Assembly (NCBI GenBank): GCA_030295235.1
Contig: AP026143.1
Span: 62,001-126,000, forward strand
Source: Fistulifera solaris
Lineage: Eukaryota
Reading direction: 5' to 3'
DNA length: 64,000 nt
Shown here: positions 12,263 to 25,319 of the stretch, in pieces
Layout of the letters: each line of letters begins with the position of its first letter
Position numbering within the stretch: position 1 is the first letter of the stretch
Program-made: the position numbers and the translations under genes
The notes under the pieces: model-generated
Told to the model about the DNA's origin: nothing
The model's database searches: none
What the model saw: the letters and a program-made list of their open reading frames with translations, nothing else

Positions 12263-14627
12263 TCATGCCAATCCAGGTTCCAAGGTATCACCTACTATTT
12301 CACCCGCTTCGTTTTCATTCGGGTGTAAGACTTGTTTTCGACGCGCCAAGAACTCTTCATAGGCGGGATCGCCCGCAAAGGGACGTTTGCCAATCAACTG
12401 GACAATATCATCATGAGTGATTGTCTCCTTTTCCAATAACATGTTGGCCACCTGTTCGACTTGCGTTTTCTTTTCGGTCAACAATTGTACGGTCTTGCTG
12501 TAAGCTTCATCGACAATCCGACGCGCTTCTTCGTCCATGGCACGGGCCGTCTTTTCCGAGTACGGACGGTCTTCCAACATGGCATTGGGATCACGGGGAA
12601 AGGACAATTGTCCCAAACGCGGGTTCATACCGTACAATTGAATGGTCGAGTACACCAAATCAGTGACACGTTTCAAATCGTCCGAGGCACCGGTGGTGAC
12701 ACGACCAAAGAAAATGTCTTCGGCGGCACGGCCCGCCAGGGCCATGCAGACAATGTCCATGATCTGAGGCTGTGTCCGTAACGCGACTTCTTTCGGCAAG
12801 TACTGCGCATAACCCAAAGCACCACTGCTGCGGGGAATAATGGTGACTTTCATCAACGGGTCGGCATGTTCCAAAAACCAGCCGGCCACGGCATGGCCGG
12901 CTTCGTGATGCGCTACAATTTCGCGTTCTTCTTTCGACATGATCTTGTTGGATTCCAATCCACCAATGATCCGATCGGTGGCTTTTTCGAAATCGTCCAA
13001 CGTGACGGTATCGCCTTTGCGACGCGCCGCGACAATGGCGGCTTCGTTGCAAATGTTGGCAATGTCGGCTCCGGCGAATCCCGGGGTCAGACCCGCCAAT
13101 CGTCCGGCAATGTCATCCACATCATCGTGCAGTTGAATGCCTTTTAAGTGGACCTTAAAAATTTCTTTGCGGCCATTCAAATCGGGTTTGTCGACAATGA
13201 TCTGTCGATCAAAACGACCGGGACGGGTCAAGGCTTGATCGAGAATATCGACACGATTGGTGCCCGCCAGCACGACGACGCCCGTCGATGCCTCAAAGCC
13301 ATCCATTTCGACCAACAATTGATTGAGCGTGTTTTCTCGTTCATCGTTGCCACCCATTCCACCCCGCCCACGCTGTCGACCGACAGCATCGATTTCATCA
13401 ATAAAGACAATGCAGGGAGCATTGGCGCGGGCTTCGGCAAAGAGATCACGGACGCGACTGGGACCGACACCGACGAACATTTCAATGAAATCACTGCCAC
13501 TGATGGAAAAGAAAGGAACACCAGATTCCCCCGCCACGGCTTTGGCCAACAAGGTTTTTCCAGTTCCGGGAGGACCACACAACAAGGCCCCTTTCGGAAT
13601 TTTGGCTCCCAACCGGGTAAAGGGCGCCGCATCTTTGAGGAAATCAACGAATTCCATGATTTCCAATTTTGCTTGATCACAGCCGGCAACATCGGCAAAG
13701 GTGACTTTCACATCTTGAGCTTTGATTTTCTTGGCGGTCGATTTGCCAATTTGAAAGATACTGCCCATACCGCCGGGTCCTCCGGTAGAGCCCCGGGCCG
13801 CCCCTTGTCCCACCAGCATAATCATTCCGTATAACACTCCGACCATGAGCAATCCGGGGATGGCACCCAGTAGCGCCCGTCCGATGGTATCTTCACTGGT
13901 ATATTGAATCGGCACCAACTGTGAAGAAGCCATGGCTTTTTGGGCTTCTTCGACTTTGCGCTCAAAGACATCGACACTGCCAATTTGCATGCGATAATAA
14001 AAGGGTGCGGCCGGTGTTGTCGTGGTAGTCGTCGTGGAAAGATCGGGCAATTTTAGGGACGACTCCTCGTCGGGGGTTGATAAAACAACGATGCTTCGTC
14101 GTCTTGCTCGTGATGTTCTTCCTTTGGCACGTTTCTCCTTTGTAAGGTCGTTTGAGGACGAACATAAATCCGAGCGGTTTGATTGTCATCTGTGACGATA
14201 ATTTTGACGACATCCTTTTGTTGCAACAATTGCCACAATTCGTGCCACGTAATTTCCCGATGCGCGAGTAGGTCGCTGGTCGAAGTGTCTGCTGAAGCAC
14301 TTTTGTTGCCGGTGTTTTGTGATTGACGATATTCGTAATAGGCGACGGCGGCCATGAATAATAACCAGCGGGGTAAATTGCCGTAGTCATTGTTGTTGTT
14401 GTTATTGTCATTTTGTTGTTGATTGTGTTGTTGTTGCTTTTCGTTCTTTTCTTTGCCCAAAAAGAATCAAATCCACTTCCTGGTGATGGTTTTTGCATCC
14501 ACCAAGACGAAGAAGACAAATTCGACGATGCAAGTGTTCGAGAAGAAAGTATTCGGTTGTGATTAAAAGCAATTCTTCGTACAGCAGTCCGTGTCAACGA
14601 AAGGAATCGTGTCGAAGAAGACGGCAT
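12263..14627 (-). CDS. Mitochondrial m-AAA/FtsH metalloprotease (AFG3L2/paraplegin-like); N-terminal part split by indels
   Basis: [43 protein letters not shown]. Upstream ORFs supply the presequence ([11 protein letters not shown]..), TM1 and the REITW segment. Confidence 0.93.
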
Positions 14628-15084
14628 CTCTTGTTGTATTCTTCTTGTTGTATTCGTTCGTTCGCCCGCAATCGCTAACAGCGTTCTCTCTCTTTTTTCT
14701 CTTTCTTGCTTAATAGCAAAGAATGAATTATGAGGAATGAAGAAACACCAGCAAGCAATAAATAATAGTGAATGCAAATAGCAAAACAATAATAGAATGA
14801 AAATATACGAGACGACACCGTCAGCCGATGTTCGTCTCGCGACGGTCACGTCATCTACGTGACTCTTTCTACACGGGACTAATAGATCGTCTGTCCGTCC
14901 TTACGGACAACGAACCTCAGCGAGGGCAAACGAAAGAAACACGAAGGATCATGTGACTGTGCTGTCAACAGTAGATAGCGCTGCCTGGCAACGCAACAAC
15001 AAGGCGATCCTTTCTTCATTCATTCCTTCTTTCATTGCAATCGTCATTCATCTTTTTCTTGAAAATAACACACACAATAACAGG

Positions 15085-15809
15085 ATGACAACAACACACT
15101 CGCGCACTATGGGCACATTGATGGCGTCGACGGAAGCTTCCGTAGAAGCCACAAGCAAGCCCATCGAACACCGCTTTTCGCCGTACGATTTCAATGGCGG
15201 TACCGTGGCGGCCGTCGCCGGTCCCGATTATGTCGTCGTCGCGGCCGATACGCGTTTGTCGTCGGGCTACGAAATCAAGAGTCGTCATGTTACCAAATTA
15301 CACGCCCTTACCAATCAATGCATCTTGGCATCGGCGGGATGCAAAACCGATGTCGATCAATTGCGCAGTGTACTCGATATTCGGGGCAAAATGTATCAAC
15401 ACAATCATCGCAAACCCATGCAGACACCGTCGGTCGCACAAATGTTGTCTGTCACGTTATATGGCAAACGCTTCTTTCCGTATTATGCCTTTAATGTCTT
15501 GGCGGGCATGGATGCCGCCGGTGTGGGAGCCGTGTATTCGTACGATGCCATTGGATCGTTTGAACGCACCGGATACTCGGCCGCCGGCAGTGGACAAGCG
15601 TACGTGATTCCCTTTCTCGACAATGTCATTGGGAATCGCAATCGTTTGGAAGAAAAACCTGTGTTGGCAGCGCAGGAAGTCGTGGAATTGTTGAAAGATG
15701 CCTTTCTCAGTGCCGGAGAACGCGATATTTATACCGGTGATCAAGTGGAAATCATGGTTGTTACGAAGATGGTATTCAAACGCAGACGTTTGCGCTCAAG
15801 GCGGATTAA
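15085..15809 (+). CDS. PSMB1: 20S proteasome subunit beta 6 (beta type-1/Pre7)
   Basis: [37 protein letters not shown]. The true C-terminus ..[13 protein letters not shown] lies in a shifted frame. Confidence 0.93.
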
Positions 15810-16350
15810 CAAGAAAGGAAGATGGTGAAATAATGAAATCATACTAACTATTATTTATAGCATTCTGAATGAGGAGTTGAAATGCGTTTTGTTCTTTGTT
15901 TTATTTTACGTAGAAGCGAACAGTAGTTTGTGCATTGAAAACTAGTCTAATAATTGTGGGTAAAAGGATGGCTCCCCTCTTTCATGATTGTTTGCGGCTT
16001 TGGACGAGGTCCTTACAACGTGACTGATCGGGTCCCGAGTGTCAGACTCCGACTCTACAAAGTACACATTCCATCGAAGAGCGAAACGGCGCGCCATTGG
16101 CTCTTTCGAAGTCCGATGAAAATGACCGATGATGACAAAAATAGACCATCCGTTTGGTATCCTTTCACAAAGAAAAAACAAACACTCCTTCAAGCTAGCA
16201 ACAAGTAAACAGAGGACACCACAAAAGAAGTGTCTGTTCTTTGTGCTATCTCTGGATCCTTCAACGATTCATCAAAACAATTCAGTCCTCGGCAACTAGA
16301 AAGACATATCCTTTCCTTTCTTTGGCTCCTTCCTCAAATAATACAACATC

Positions 16351-17380
16351 ATGATACGCCTTTTCCATCATCATTCTTCGACTACGAGTCGACTTTTTCT
16401 TTCGCTCCGCACGCTATCATTATTCGACGGAAAAACCATCGTTCGATGGAACGACACCGGCCTTTTCCAAAATTGCTTGCATCGGTACGGGCAAAATGGC
16501 GCACGCCTTGTTAAAGCCGATGATTACGACCGGATTTCATCCGGCCAAAGATTTCACCGTCTTTGATGTTTCCACCAATCTCATGGAACAAGTCAGTAAG
16601 GAATTGGGTGTAAAAACGGCCGAAAGTATTCCGGAAGCCATTGAAGATGCCGATTTCATTCTCTGTGCCGTCAAACCACAGAATTTGAATTCCGCATTTT
16701 TTGCCGAATTCCGCAAAGCACAACCCCATCCGAACGCCATACTCTTGTCGGTGATTGCCGGAAAAACCATTGATGTCTTTCATCACACGCACATTAACAA
16801 AATTGTCCGCAGTATGCCCAACACTCCCGCCCAAGTCGGAGAAGGCATGACCGTTTGGAGTTGTACGCCCAATTTGACCGGCAGTGATCGCAATTTGATT
16901 CAAACCGTATTGAGTACGTGTGGTCACAGTATGTACGTCGATGATGAATCGTACATTGACATGGCCACCAGTATCAGTGGTTCCGGACCCGCGTACATCT
17001 TTTTGTTGATGGAAAGTATGATTGATGGAGCCGTCCATATGGGATTTCCCCGCGACAAAGCCACCACGTTGGTGTATCATACCATGTTGGGATCGACCTT
17101 GTATGCGATGGAAAGTGGCGAACATCCGGCCATTTTGCGCAATATGGTTACCAGTCCGTCGGGCACGACCGCTTCGGCGTTGTATGAATTGGAGAATGGG
17201 AAAATTCGGACCGTCATTAAAGATGCCATGTGGGCGTGTTATCGTCGTTCGTTGGAAATGGGGAATCATGATAGTAATGTGGGTCCAGGACGATCGCAAT
17301 CACCGCATGTTGTCCACGCGGCGACGCCCGATTCCGAGTTGAGTAATAGTAGTGATGACGAAGACGTGCGACAACGTTAG
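16351..17380 (+). CDS. proC: Pyrroline-5-carboxylate reductase
   Basis: CIGTG-MA (split by an indel at ~16495), AVKPQ, RSMPNTP, SGSGPAY, VTSPSGTT. Confidence 0.93.
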
Positions 17381-17620
17381 ATACTACATTCCAAACACGA
17401 GGATCACCATAGAAATTTACAATAATTATAGAAAAAGACAATTGATAATTAATTGCTCTAGCCAAAACTTCCCTAGCGTTTTAAGAAAAAGGCACATCAC
17501 GGATGGTTCCCTTTGGAAACAACACCCGGTCCTTCTGCCATGTTTCCACATTTCACGCTCACGACAATTGAGTATCTCGCCCGTTCAGTGAAATTGTCGT
17601 TTTCCTTCCTTACGTTGTTA

Positions 17621-18381
17621 CTATTCCTCTTCCGCATCCGAGACGGTATGTCCATTCAATTCCCAATACACATCATCGTACGCACTCTTGACTTTCCAGA
17701 CACACGATCCGTTGAAGCATTTGACCGTCTTGCCCGTTTCCTGACTCATACTGGAATCATCATTCGATGAGGAACAAGTTGCTGCATCCTCCACGCTCTC
17801 TTGTCGCACAATTTCTTTCGCTTTTTGTAACGACCATTGTCCAAAGGGTTCCCAACCTTTCCGTTCCCCATGTTTTTCAATCACCGCTTTGCGCAAATGC
17901 GAATGACACACACATCCGTACAACCGTTCTATTTGTCCTGCTGCTGTGATGCGGAACGGCGCATATTTCTTTTTGCACACGGGAAATCCAATCGATTCCC
18001 GTCCGGCGATGTGATGCGGATCACCCCATTTCGCATTGACGGCTTGAATCGCTTGGCCTTGTAAGGTATCCATCGCCGCCGATCGCGCAAACATGGATCC
18101 ACCATACAATTCTCCGCCCGATACCGGATAGCCACACACGAATCCCAGGGGTACTCTTGTGTGAAAGTAAGTGAGTGAGAATGAGGAATGACTCTCTCTG
18201 ACAGACGCACGATTCCTACGTACCGACCGGGGATCGCGGAAGCTTTCACAAAGGATCAATCGGAGGGCAAGATCCCGTAATCGTCACCATAGATCTTGGA
18301 ATCTTGTTCAACGCGGGCTCGTTTCCGGGCGGATCTTCGCACCGGCAGGGTGGTAGTGCGTTTCGAACGGCGTCGCGTCAT
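17621..18381 (-). CDS. Hypothetical protein (likely one intron, ~18160-18222, and one indel)
   Basis: Open frame with basic N-terminus (MTRRRSKR..RKRARV), a GTACGT donor and a pyrimidine-rich acceptor. No family recognised. Confidence 0.5.
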
Positions 18382-18863
18382 GGTCGCTTTTGAAAAACAG
18401 AAAATGAGATTTTACGACGAGAAATTCTCTCGTCCGCTCGTGCGGAGTGTGACGAAAAAGTACGTTACGTGGAAGTTTCGGACATGCGCGCGCGTGTCGT
18501 GCTTTCCGACGAAACCCGGAGATAAGAACTCGAGGATCGATGAAGCGAAACCCGGAGAAAGGAACTAAACGATGCCAATATAACCCAACAAACCTTACGA
18601 TAACGTTACGGTATAGACAATAGACAATCCGTATAGTACGAGCAAGTATATAATTAGTTTCTCAACGACCAAGGCGTAAGTGCCGTTGAATCTCTTTTAT
18701 AGCCGACAATTCAAAACAAGAGGCTTATTCGATCGAAAACGTCGGGTCCACGGCGGATGCTTCTTTGCACTATTATTGGATGATTCAGCACTAGGTACTT
18801 TTCTTGTTTGTGAACCATCCCGAGAGCGAGGGTGTGGTGTCGAAGGTGGACTCGCTTTTTGCC

Positions 18864-18909
18864 TCAGGAACGATTCTTCATTACGCGTCGTTGTGGATAC
18901 ACCCACACG

Positions 18910-18950
<41 letters not shown>

Positions 18951-19121
18951 GGTTAAATGATTCGTTGCAGTTTGAAACAATTTTCGACGCGGATAGACCC
19001 AAACCGAATCATCTTCCTTTGGATTGCGAAGATGGGGGTGGAGGGGAGCTGCCTCTAGCATCCCGCACGCCATCCAAATAGTCAACCACCAAACACGTAG
19101 CGACTGGAAAGAATAAGGCAT
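18864..19121 (-). CDS. Small putative secreted protein with poly-Asp and a repeated VWVYP motif
   Basis: MPYSFQSLRVWWLTIWMACGMLEA-APLH..EDDSVWVYPRRKL..D14VWVYPQRRVMKNRS*. Confidence 0.4.
18911..18949. repeat. (CAT)13 / (GAT)13 microsatellite
   Basis: Directly visible; encodes poly-Asp on the minus strand. Confidence 0.95.
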
Positions 19122-19496
19122 TAGAGTAGTAATATTCAAGGAAGAAAGATGATATTACAAGGAAATTAATGATGAAAGAATGCGAACATGCCCAACGAAA
19201 AGGAAGCCGTTGCGTGCGACAATTTCGTCCCACAAAAAGTGAGGTCGCATCTATACTCCGTAATTATTTCAACGGAAATCAGGACTGCATTGAATCACGA
19301 AAGAAACGAGCACGTTCTTCATTATCGACAGCTCATTGACGTTGAACGGCACGTAGAGTTCGGTACGGTTCCGTACGAGCACGCGCGCACGAACCAAAAC
19401 ACGCAACAACGCGAACATGCAACGAGATTCATCGCAGTTATTTTTTCTCGTCCGCCACGCCACGATTTTCATGAAATCTCCTTGCATCACAACAAC

Positions 19497-21005
19497 ATGA
19501 TCCCTCTCTTACTATTGCTTCTGCTGACGACAGTAATCACTGCCGATCGGGTGTACGTTCATCCCCGTGCGTGCGAAACTGTACGACACATTCGTTTGAG
19601 TGTTGGACCGGAACCGTCGGAAACAACCCGCATCGTGTCGTTTGCGTCGCGCTTTAGTCAAAATACCACGCACATTCCAAAAGGAGTCGTTTATTTGGGC
19701 ACGTCACCTTTGACTTTAGAGACACGCATCGTGCAACAAGAAGAAAATACACATTATTCGCTACAAAATATTGGAGCCAAAACGGGGAATTTCGGAAACG
19801 ATTATTATTCACCCTATTATCATCATATTGTGCTGGAAGATTTGCAACCCAATACCGTCTACTATTATCGGGTCGGATTGGTGGAAGATGAAATTGAAGA
19901 AAGTGACAATGCTCGACGACGAAAACTAGTACGATGGCCTCCGTACAATCCCGATGGAAAACCGTGTCCGGATGCCCTCAAGATTCATTCCTTTCGCACG
20001 GGTTCGTTCGACAAAGAGACTCCTCTCACACTCGCGCTAGTCGGAGATTTAGGACAATTTCCGCATTCGGAAGATACCGTGGCTCGCATGGCGCGAGATG
20101 CCGATATCTTGGATGTCGCCATCTTGGCGGGAGATGTTGCGTATACGGAATTTGATCATCGTCGGTGGGATACCTTTTTGGATTTTTTCGATGACTATCC
20201 CCTCTTCAGTAAAGTGCCCTTGCAACTGTGTCCGGGCAATCATGACATTGACAAGGTCGCGGGCCGACACGAAATCTTTTTGGGATACGAACATCGCTTT
20301 CGGATGCCGCGCGTGAAACCCGCCGAGTTGGGTGTGTACGACGGCGATGATACGTTATTGAATATGGATGCTCCGCCGTATCCATTGCCGTACGAGTGGG
20401 GGAATGCGTATTACAGTTTTTCGTACGGAATGGCGAAAATTATCATGATCAGTGCTTACTCGAGTATGGAACCGGGCTCGACGCAATATACGTGGATTCA
20501 AGACGAATTGCAAACAGTGGACCGCAGCAAGACTCCCTGGGTAATTGCGGTCATTCATGTCCCTCTATACAATACATTCTCGTTGCATCATCATGATTTG
20601 CAAATTGTGGCGGCCAAGGAACATTTGGAACCACTCTTTGTCGAGTACTCGGTGAATCTTGTCTTTTCGGGACACATTCATGCCTATCAACGATCCACCA
20701 ATGTCGCCTTTGGCAATATTACGGCCACAGGACCCGTTCACATTACCATTGGGGCCGGTGGCCGCAAATGTGAGGCACCCTACCAGAACGAAACGCCGGA
20801 AGATTGGTTGGAATTTCGCGATGCCACGTTGTATGGATACGGTCAATTGGAGTTGGTAGATCGTCACACGGCCGTGTGGCAATGGATTCCGACGGGCAAT
20901 ACCGACGGGGAACGACACGGGAATCCCATTGGCAAGTCCGAAGTGACGGTGCCGCCCATGGCGTTTGACGACAGTGTGACGATTCAGAATCAACACTTTT
21001 TATAA
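19497..21005 (+). CDS. Secreted purple acid phosphatase (FN3-like + metallophosphoesterase)
   Basis: Signal peptide MIPLLLLLLLTTVITA; metal-binding motifs GDLG, GDVAY, GNHD, VIHVP, GHIHAY. Confidence 0.93.
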   Translation: MIPLLLLLLLTTVITADRVYVHPRACETVRHIRLSVGPEPSETTRIVSFASRFSQNTTHIPKGVVYLGTSPLTLETRIVQQEENTHYSLQNIGAKTGNFGNDYYSPYYHHIVLEDLQPNTVYYYRVGLVEDEIEESDNARRRKLVRWPPYNPDGKPCPDALKIHSFRTGSFDKETPLTLALVGDLGQFPHSEDTVARMARDADILDVAILAGDVAYTEFDHRRWDTFLDFFDDYPLFSKVPLQLCPGNHDIDKVAGRHEIFLGYEHRFRMPRVKPAELGVYDGDDTLLNMDAPPYPLPYEWGNAYYSFSYGMAKIIMISAYSSMEPGSTQYTWIQDELQTVDRSKTPWVIAVIHVPLYNTFSLHHHDLQIVAAKEHLEPLFVEYSVNLVFSGHIHAYQRSTNVAFGNITATGPVHITIGAGGRKCEAPYQNETPEDWLEFRDATLYGYGQLELVDRHTAVWQWIPTGNTDGERHGNPIGKSEVTVPPMAFDDSVTIQNQHFL

Positions 21006-23067
21006 AAGGGAGTGAGAAACGAATAAGTAAAAAATGAATATATTATTATAAAGTTGACTTAAATGGAAATGAGGACAAGTCATACGAACGGCATCCTAGC
21101 TTTTCGTTCTAGCGGGAATTGGCAAATACTTCAAAATCTTTGTAACGTCTTGGTGCCGTCGATGACAAGTGGAACGAGACATATCTGCAACCTTATCTAT
21201 TGGTCACCTGAAGGATGGCGATGCCATTGCTGAGAGCTAGGGCGACGCGGCGGACCTAATTTTTACTACGACAAAATGCCCGCACCGGTACCGTCAACTC
21301 ACGGTGCTTTACAGAGCAATCAGCCAAATCTCAGCCGTTTCTTCAAGGCGTGTTATGAGACCAAAGATGGTGAAAAAACAAGGCATCGAATATCGAAGGA
21401 AAGCAAACGACCGAAGGCGGTCAAAGGCAGCTTCGTGTTCCGATTCGCCTTCTGGTTGTTATTAGCAACACCGTGACCTGAAATTTTTAGATTCTATCTC
21501 TCTATCCTCGGCGATCTCGACATGGAAGTCACCACTAGCGTTTCGCTTGTTGTACTCTTGCTCAACGATTTGAACGAGACGCATGTCACCATTGGCTGCA
21601 GAAGTTAAATAAAGACACGATTGGTCTAGATACGGGTTTTAGCGCATGATTGGCGTTTTATCGGAGGGCAAAAACGGTGAATCTCTTGCTCTCAAGTCCA
21701 AGAGGCGGAAGCATTTGGGAAGCGCCGGAACTTTAGTCGAAACTTTTATCGAATTAGAATACAGTATTCATGTACGTATTTTGGAGAACATCTGCCGGCA
21801 ATTTGTGATGGCTTGCGGTAGAGCACGAATTCATAGTTACAAGTAATAGTTAATGGAGCGTTGTACGTTGTAGGATCCCAGTGGGAATGTGAATAAGTCC
21901 GAAATGACTATGGACAGTTCCACCTTCGCCGTGGGACTTGGGACGACATAGATGGGAAGCCACTAGAGCCACTCTAGAGAGACTAGAGAGATTGTAGAGA
22001 GCCACTAGCCACTCATCACTCATCAAATCATCAATCAGAAACTGGAAGCTTAGAGCTTACTGGTAGAGGGTAGAGCCAACATTTCTTAGAAATAAGGCAA
22101 ACTTTGATAGGGACTTTGTAGTAAGTTTCAAATTGAATGTCTACAGACTACAGATAGGGTTGACTGTAGCAGCGACGAGGAATAGGGAATAGTGATACAA
22201 AGGATATAAAGAATTTTGGTGTTTAATTACTGAATTGGTCTTGCTCTTGATTCTTGAATGAGAGAGACGAGAGACGAGAGACGAGAGGCGTGAGGCGTCG
22301 GTTAAGTGTTGAGGAAACGAAAACTTCATACATTATTGATTTCTCTGAGACGAATCGATTATCAATTATCAATGTCATTGAATCGTTTACGATTACCAAT
22401 ACGAAATACGAACGACGATCTATTGACCATTGAAAATCAAGCCTTCGCATTTTGGATGGGCGTCTTAATTTAAAGAGTGAAAGGATAAGTACTGAACATT
22501 GCTTAGAACGCTGCAACGTGTTGGGGAAGGAACAAGGTTTTCTCGAAAACAGTGAAGAATGACCGAAGCGTATTCTTTCAGAAATGTTGATACGCAATTC
22601 GCGACGTGGACATGGTGGTCGAGAGGCTTCGGCTCGTATAAAGTATCCAAGTACACTATTGACACGTCGCCCACTAAAAATCCCTGTATGCCCGCATTCT
22701 CTGGGATCCAAATTCGGGGGCTGTTCACGAACCAACCGACTACCGACGCGATTGTTAACGAGTGACACTGGCTGTAGCCTAACGCACAGGATGCCGGCGC
22801 TTGGAGATTTCCAAGTGACGCTCATAATAAACAACGTATACCGTCGACATTGACCACAAGACGACTTCGGAAAAAAAGACACAAAGTTTGCTCACAAATA
22901 AGAAAACACAGGCAATTTGAAACTGACCAGCAAAATGGAAGAGCTCTTTGTTGGTAATCTCCGTATGGAAGCTTGCAACGAGCAACAGCAAGGTAAGAAT
23001 CAACTTGTTATTCGCAGGCTTCGAACATGATAAACGTCTCGTCTCACGAGCTCTTTTGCATTAGCAA

Positions 23068-24256
23068 TGTTTCAATTTGACATGGGATCTTTGTCATCCA
23101 CGACGGAAGCGGAAAGAACCAGTAATCTTCTCCTCGAAGTCTTTCAGAACGCGTCGAGCAAGTGGAATACATCGAACGTGGCGCCGCAAATGGGCACCTA
23201 TGCACCAAACAATCAAGTCCAATTCCCTCAGCTGAATCAGAACAACACATTCGCGCCCCTAAGCTTCCAGCCCGAGCAATTGACTTGTTGGAACACTTCT
23301 TCGGTCGGCTACGGCGCAAAAGAAATGAATGTAGCGCAACAAGGACACCACCGCTACTCCCCCAGTTCCGATCTCTCGGCTAGCTTGGATCCGGCACCAT
23401 TACCTCCTCCGATGATCCAACGCAATGAAGCAAATAGCTACTCATCCAAGCAAGTAGAAGAGCCTGTCATTCTCGGAACTCGTGAGTATTCTCTCGACTT
23501 CCTCCAACAAAGCAGCCCCACGCTGGCGAAAGAATCATCTCCACTGCCCGAAGCGCCAACGACTTTAGCTTCGGTGTTTGACGCAGCATGGAGTGCCCGA
23601 TTTCCGGCTGCGTCGGGACCTTCCTCCTGCCCACCTTTTGTCTCCCTACCAACAGTGGCACCGACGAGGAGTCGTCGCTGCAAAAGTTATTCTTGTCATC
23701 ACCGTTGAATCAAAGCGATCACGCGGAACGATTACCGCGCGCCGTGACCGACACTTCGTTGAACGTAATCCATGACCAGAGTGAACGAAGAGCTGCCGCC
23801 ACGAGACAGTGTATTAACGATTATCCCACCATGGAGTCTCCACTAGACGAAATCTACTTGAATTCGTTTCATTGCTTCTTACGGAAACAGATTGTCATCT
23901 TTGAAGCCACGCACGAAGATATTGGCAAAATACAAGGCCGCAACAAAGGCTTGGCCCTCCATCAAGTCGGTCTCGGTTGCCGGTATTGCACTCCCTTTCG
24001 TCACACCGATCGGAGTCGCGGTGTCACGTACCATCCCACCCGCCTCAGCACGATCTACCAAACGGCCCAAAATTTGGTCAAGAACCATTTCTTTCGCAAT
24101 TGTCCCAACATGCCTCCCGCCATTAAGGAAGAACTGAAGGTTCTATCGAATCGTATTACCAAATCGAATCGCGGGGGTGGCAAGCAGTATTGGTCGAACG
24201 TCTTGCAGATTTCGGGGATTGTTGAAGTCGACGGGGGATTGTTTTATAAGGAATAA
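23068..24256 (+). CDS. Hypothetical protein with a C-terminal Cys/His domain of a type I recall as expanded in diatoms; one frameshift near 23600-23650
   Basis: Low-complexity N-terminus, then LNSFHCFLRKQI..GRNK..QVGLGCRYC..IYQTAQN..HF..CPNMP..GGKQYW. Confidence 0.7.
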
Positions 24257-24578
24257 TAAGTCATTAATAAAGTGATATTTGTATTATGTGACTGCATCAG
24301 CTGATAGCAATCAAGTCGGAAGGTTGGCATTTCACGAACATTAATGATGAATAAGCGAGCGATGCGATCGGCATTCGTGAATGAGAGTGCCTCGTGACTA
24401 AGCAGTTTCGCGCGCTTTTTGCTTTCTATTATCGCGGCGTTATTAGTTATTATTTCTTCGATCTTCATCGGCGCACCCCACATTCCGTCATAGTTCATGT
24501 TGAAGAGCATAGTATAAACGCTGTGTATCCTTTCCTTCGCTAATCTTCTTCACGACGAGCAGTGGATCCAATTTCTAT

Positions 24579-25236
24579 AATGACCGCGATGTTCGCTGTA
24601 TTGCGAGCCCTTCTTTTCTTATTCTTCGTCAATTTCCATCGAATACCGACGGTACACGGCTTTCAATTCCCTAATCCTCCCCAACCCTTTCTTTCCGCTT
24701 CAACTCGACGAGACTTTGTTCAATCTTTGCTAATTACTGCAACAACCTTTTTCACAACACAAACAGCCCAAGCGGCACCCCCCATTGCCATTATTGCCGA
24801 AGAATTGGGATATTTTCCGGTCACGAATCGTGAAGGTCAGACGGTCTATGTCGCTCAATCGGTGAAACGGACTTCATCAGCCCAAGCGCAACAATTGGCT
24901 TTATTGCTCAAAGAAAAAGGGGTCGTCATGGCCGGAACGTATTGGTGTCCTCATACCAGTCGACAAAAGGAATTGTTTGGTAAGGAAGCTTGGTCAAAGA
25001 TCAAGTACGTCGAATGTGCTCCAAAAGGGTATCAAGCGAATCCCCAGTATTGTTTGGCCAAACAGGTGGATGGCTATCCCACTTGGATCTTTCCGAATGG
25101 GAAACGGATCTCCGGAGAACGACCTTTGGCGTTGCTGGCGGAGGAAATCGGATTTCGGGGATTTCGGCCCGAATTGGAACAAGACCTACCGCCGTTGGGA
25201 GGTGCCTCGTGTCAATTGAGTAATCAAAAACAATAA
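24579..25236 (+). CDS. Plastid thioredoxin-fold protein resembling the Trx-like domain of LTO1/VKOR fusions
   Basis: Signal peptide + VHG|FQF, RRDF..AQA lumen-type signal, YWCPHTSRQKELFG..YVEC..C..GYPTW. Confidence 0.8.
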
Positions 25237-25319
25237 TGGATGATCTAGACGCCTGTTTCGAGACCTTTACGCCCATAATTTTGGTTATTCTCACTATCGA
25301 CTATTGTTCTTATAATAAT

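Noticed and set aside
13148..13834. Long antisense ORFs (also 16511-17299, 28465-29511, 40208-41296, 42255-43226)
   Set aside because: They are shadows of well-supported genes on the opposite strand and have no motifs of their own.
18680..19081. Poly-His protein on the + strand
   Set aside because: It is the reverse reading of the (GAT)n tract. The minus-strand frame has the signal-like N-terminus and repeated motif.
22223..22882. 219-aa ORF or integrase relic (GHGGRE)
   Set aside because: No coherent domain in any frame; a single short motif is insufficient.
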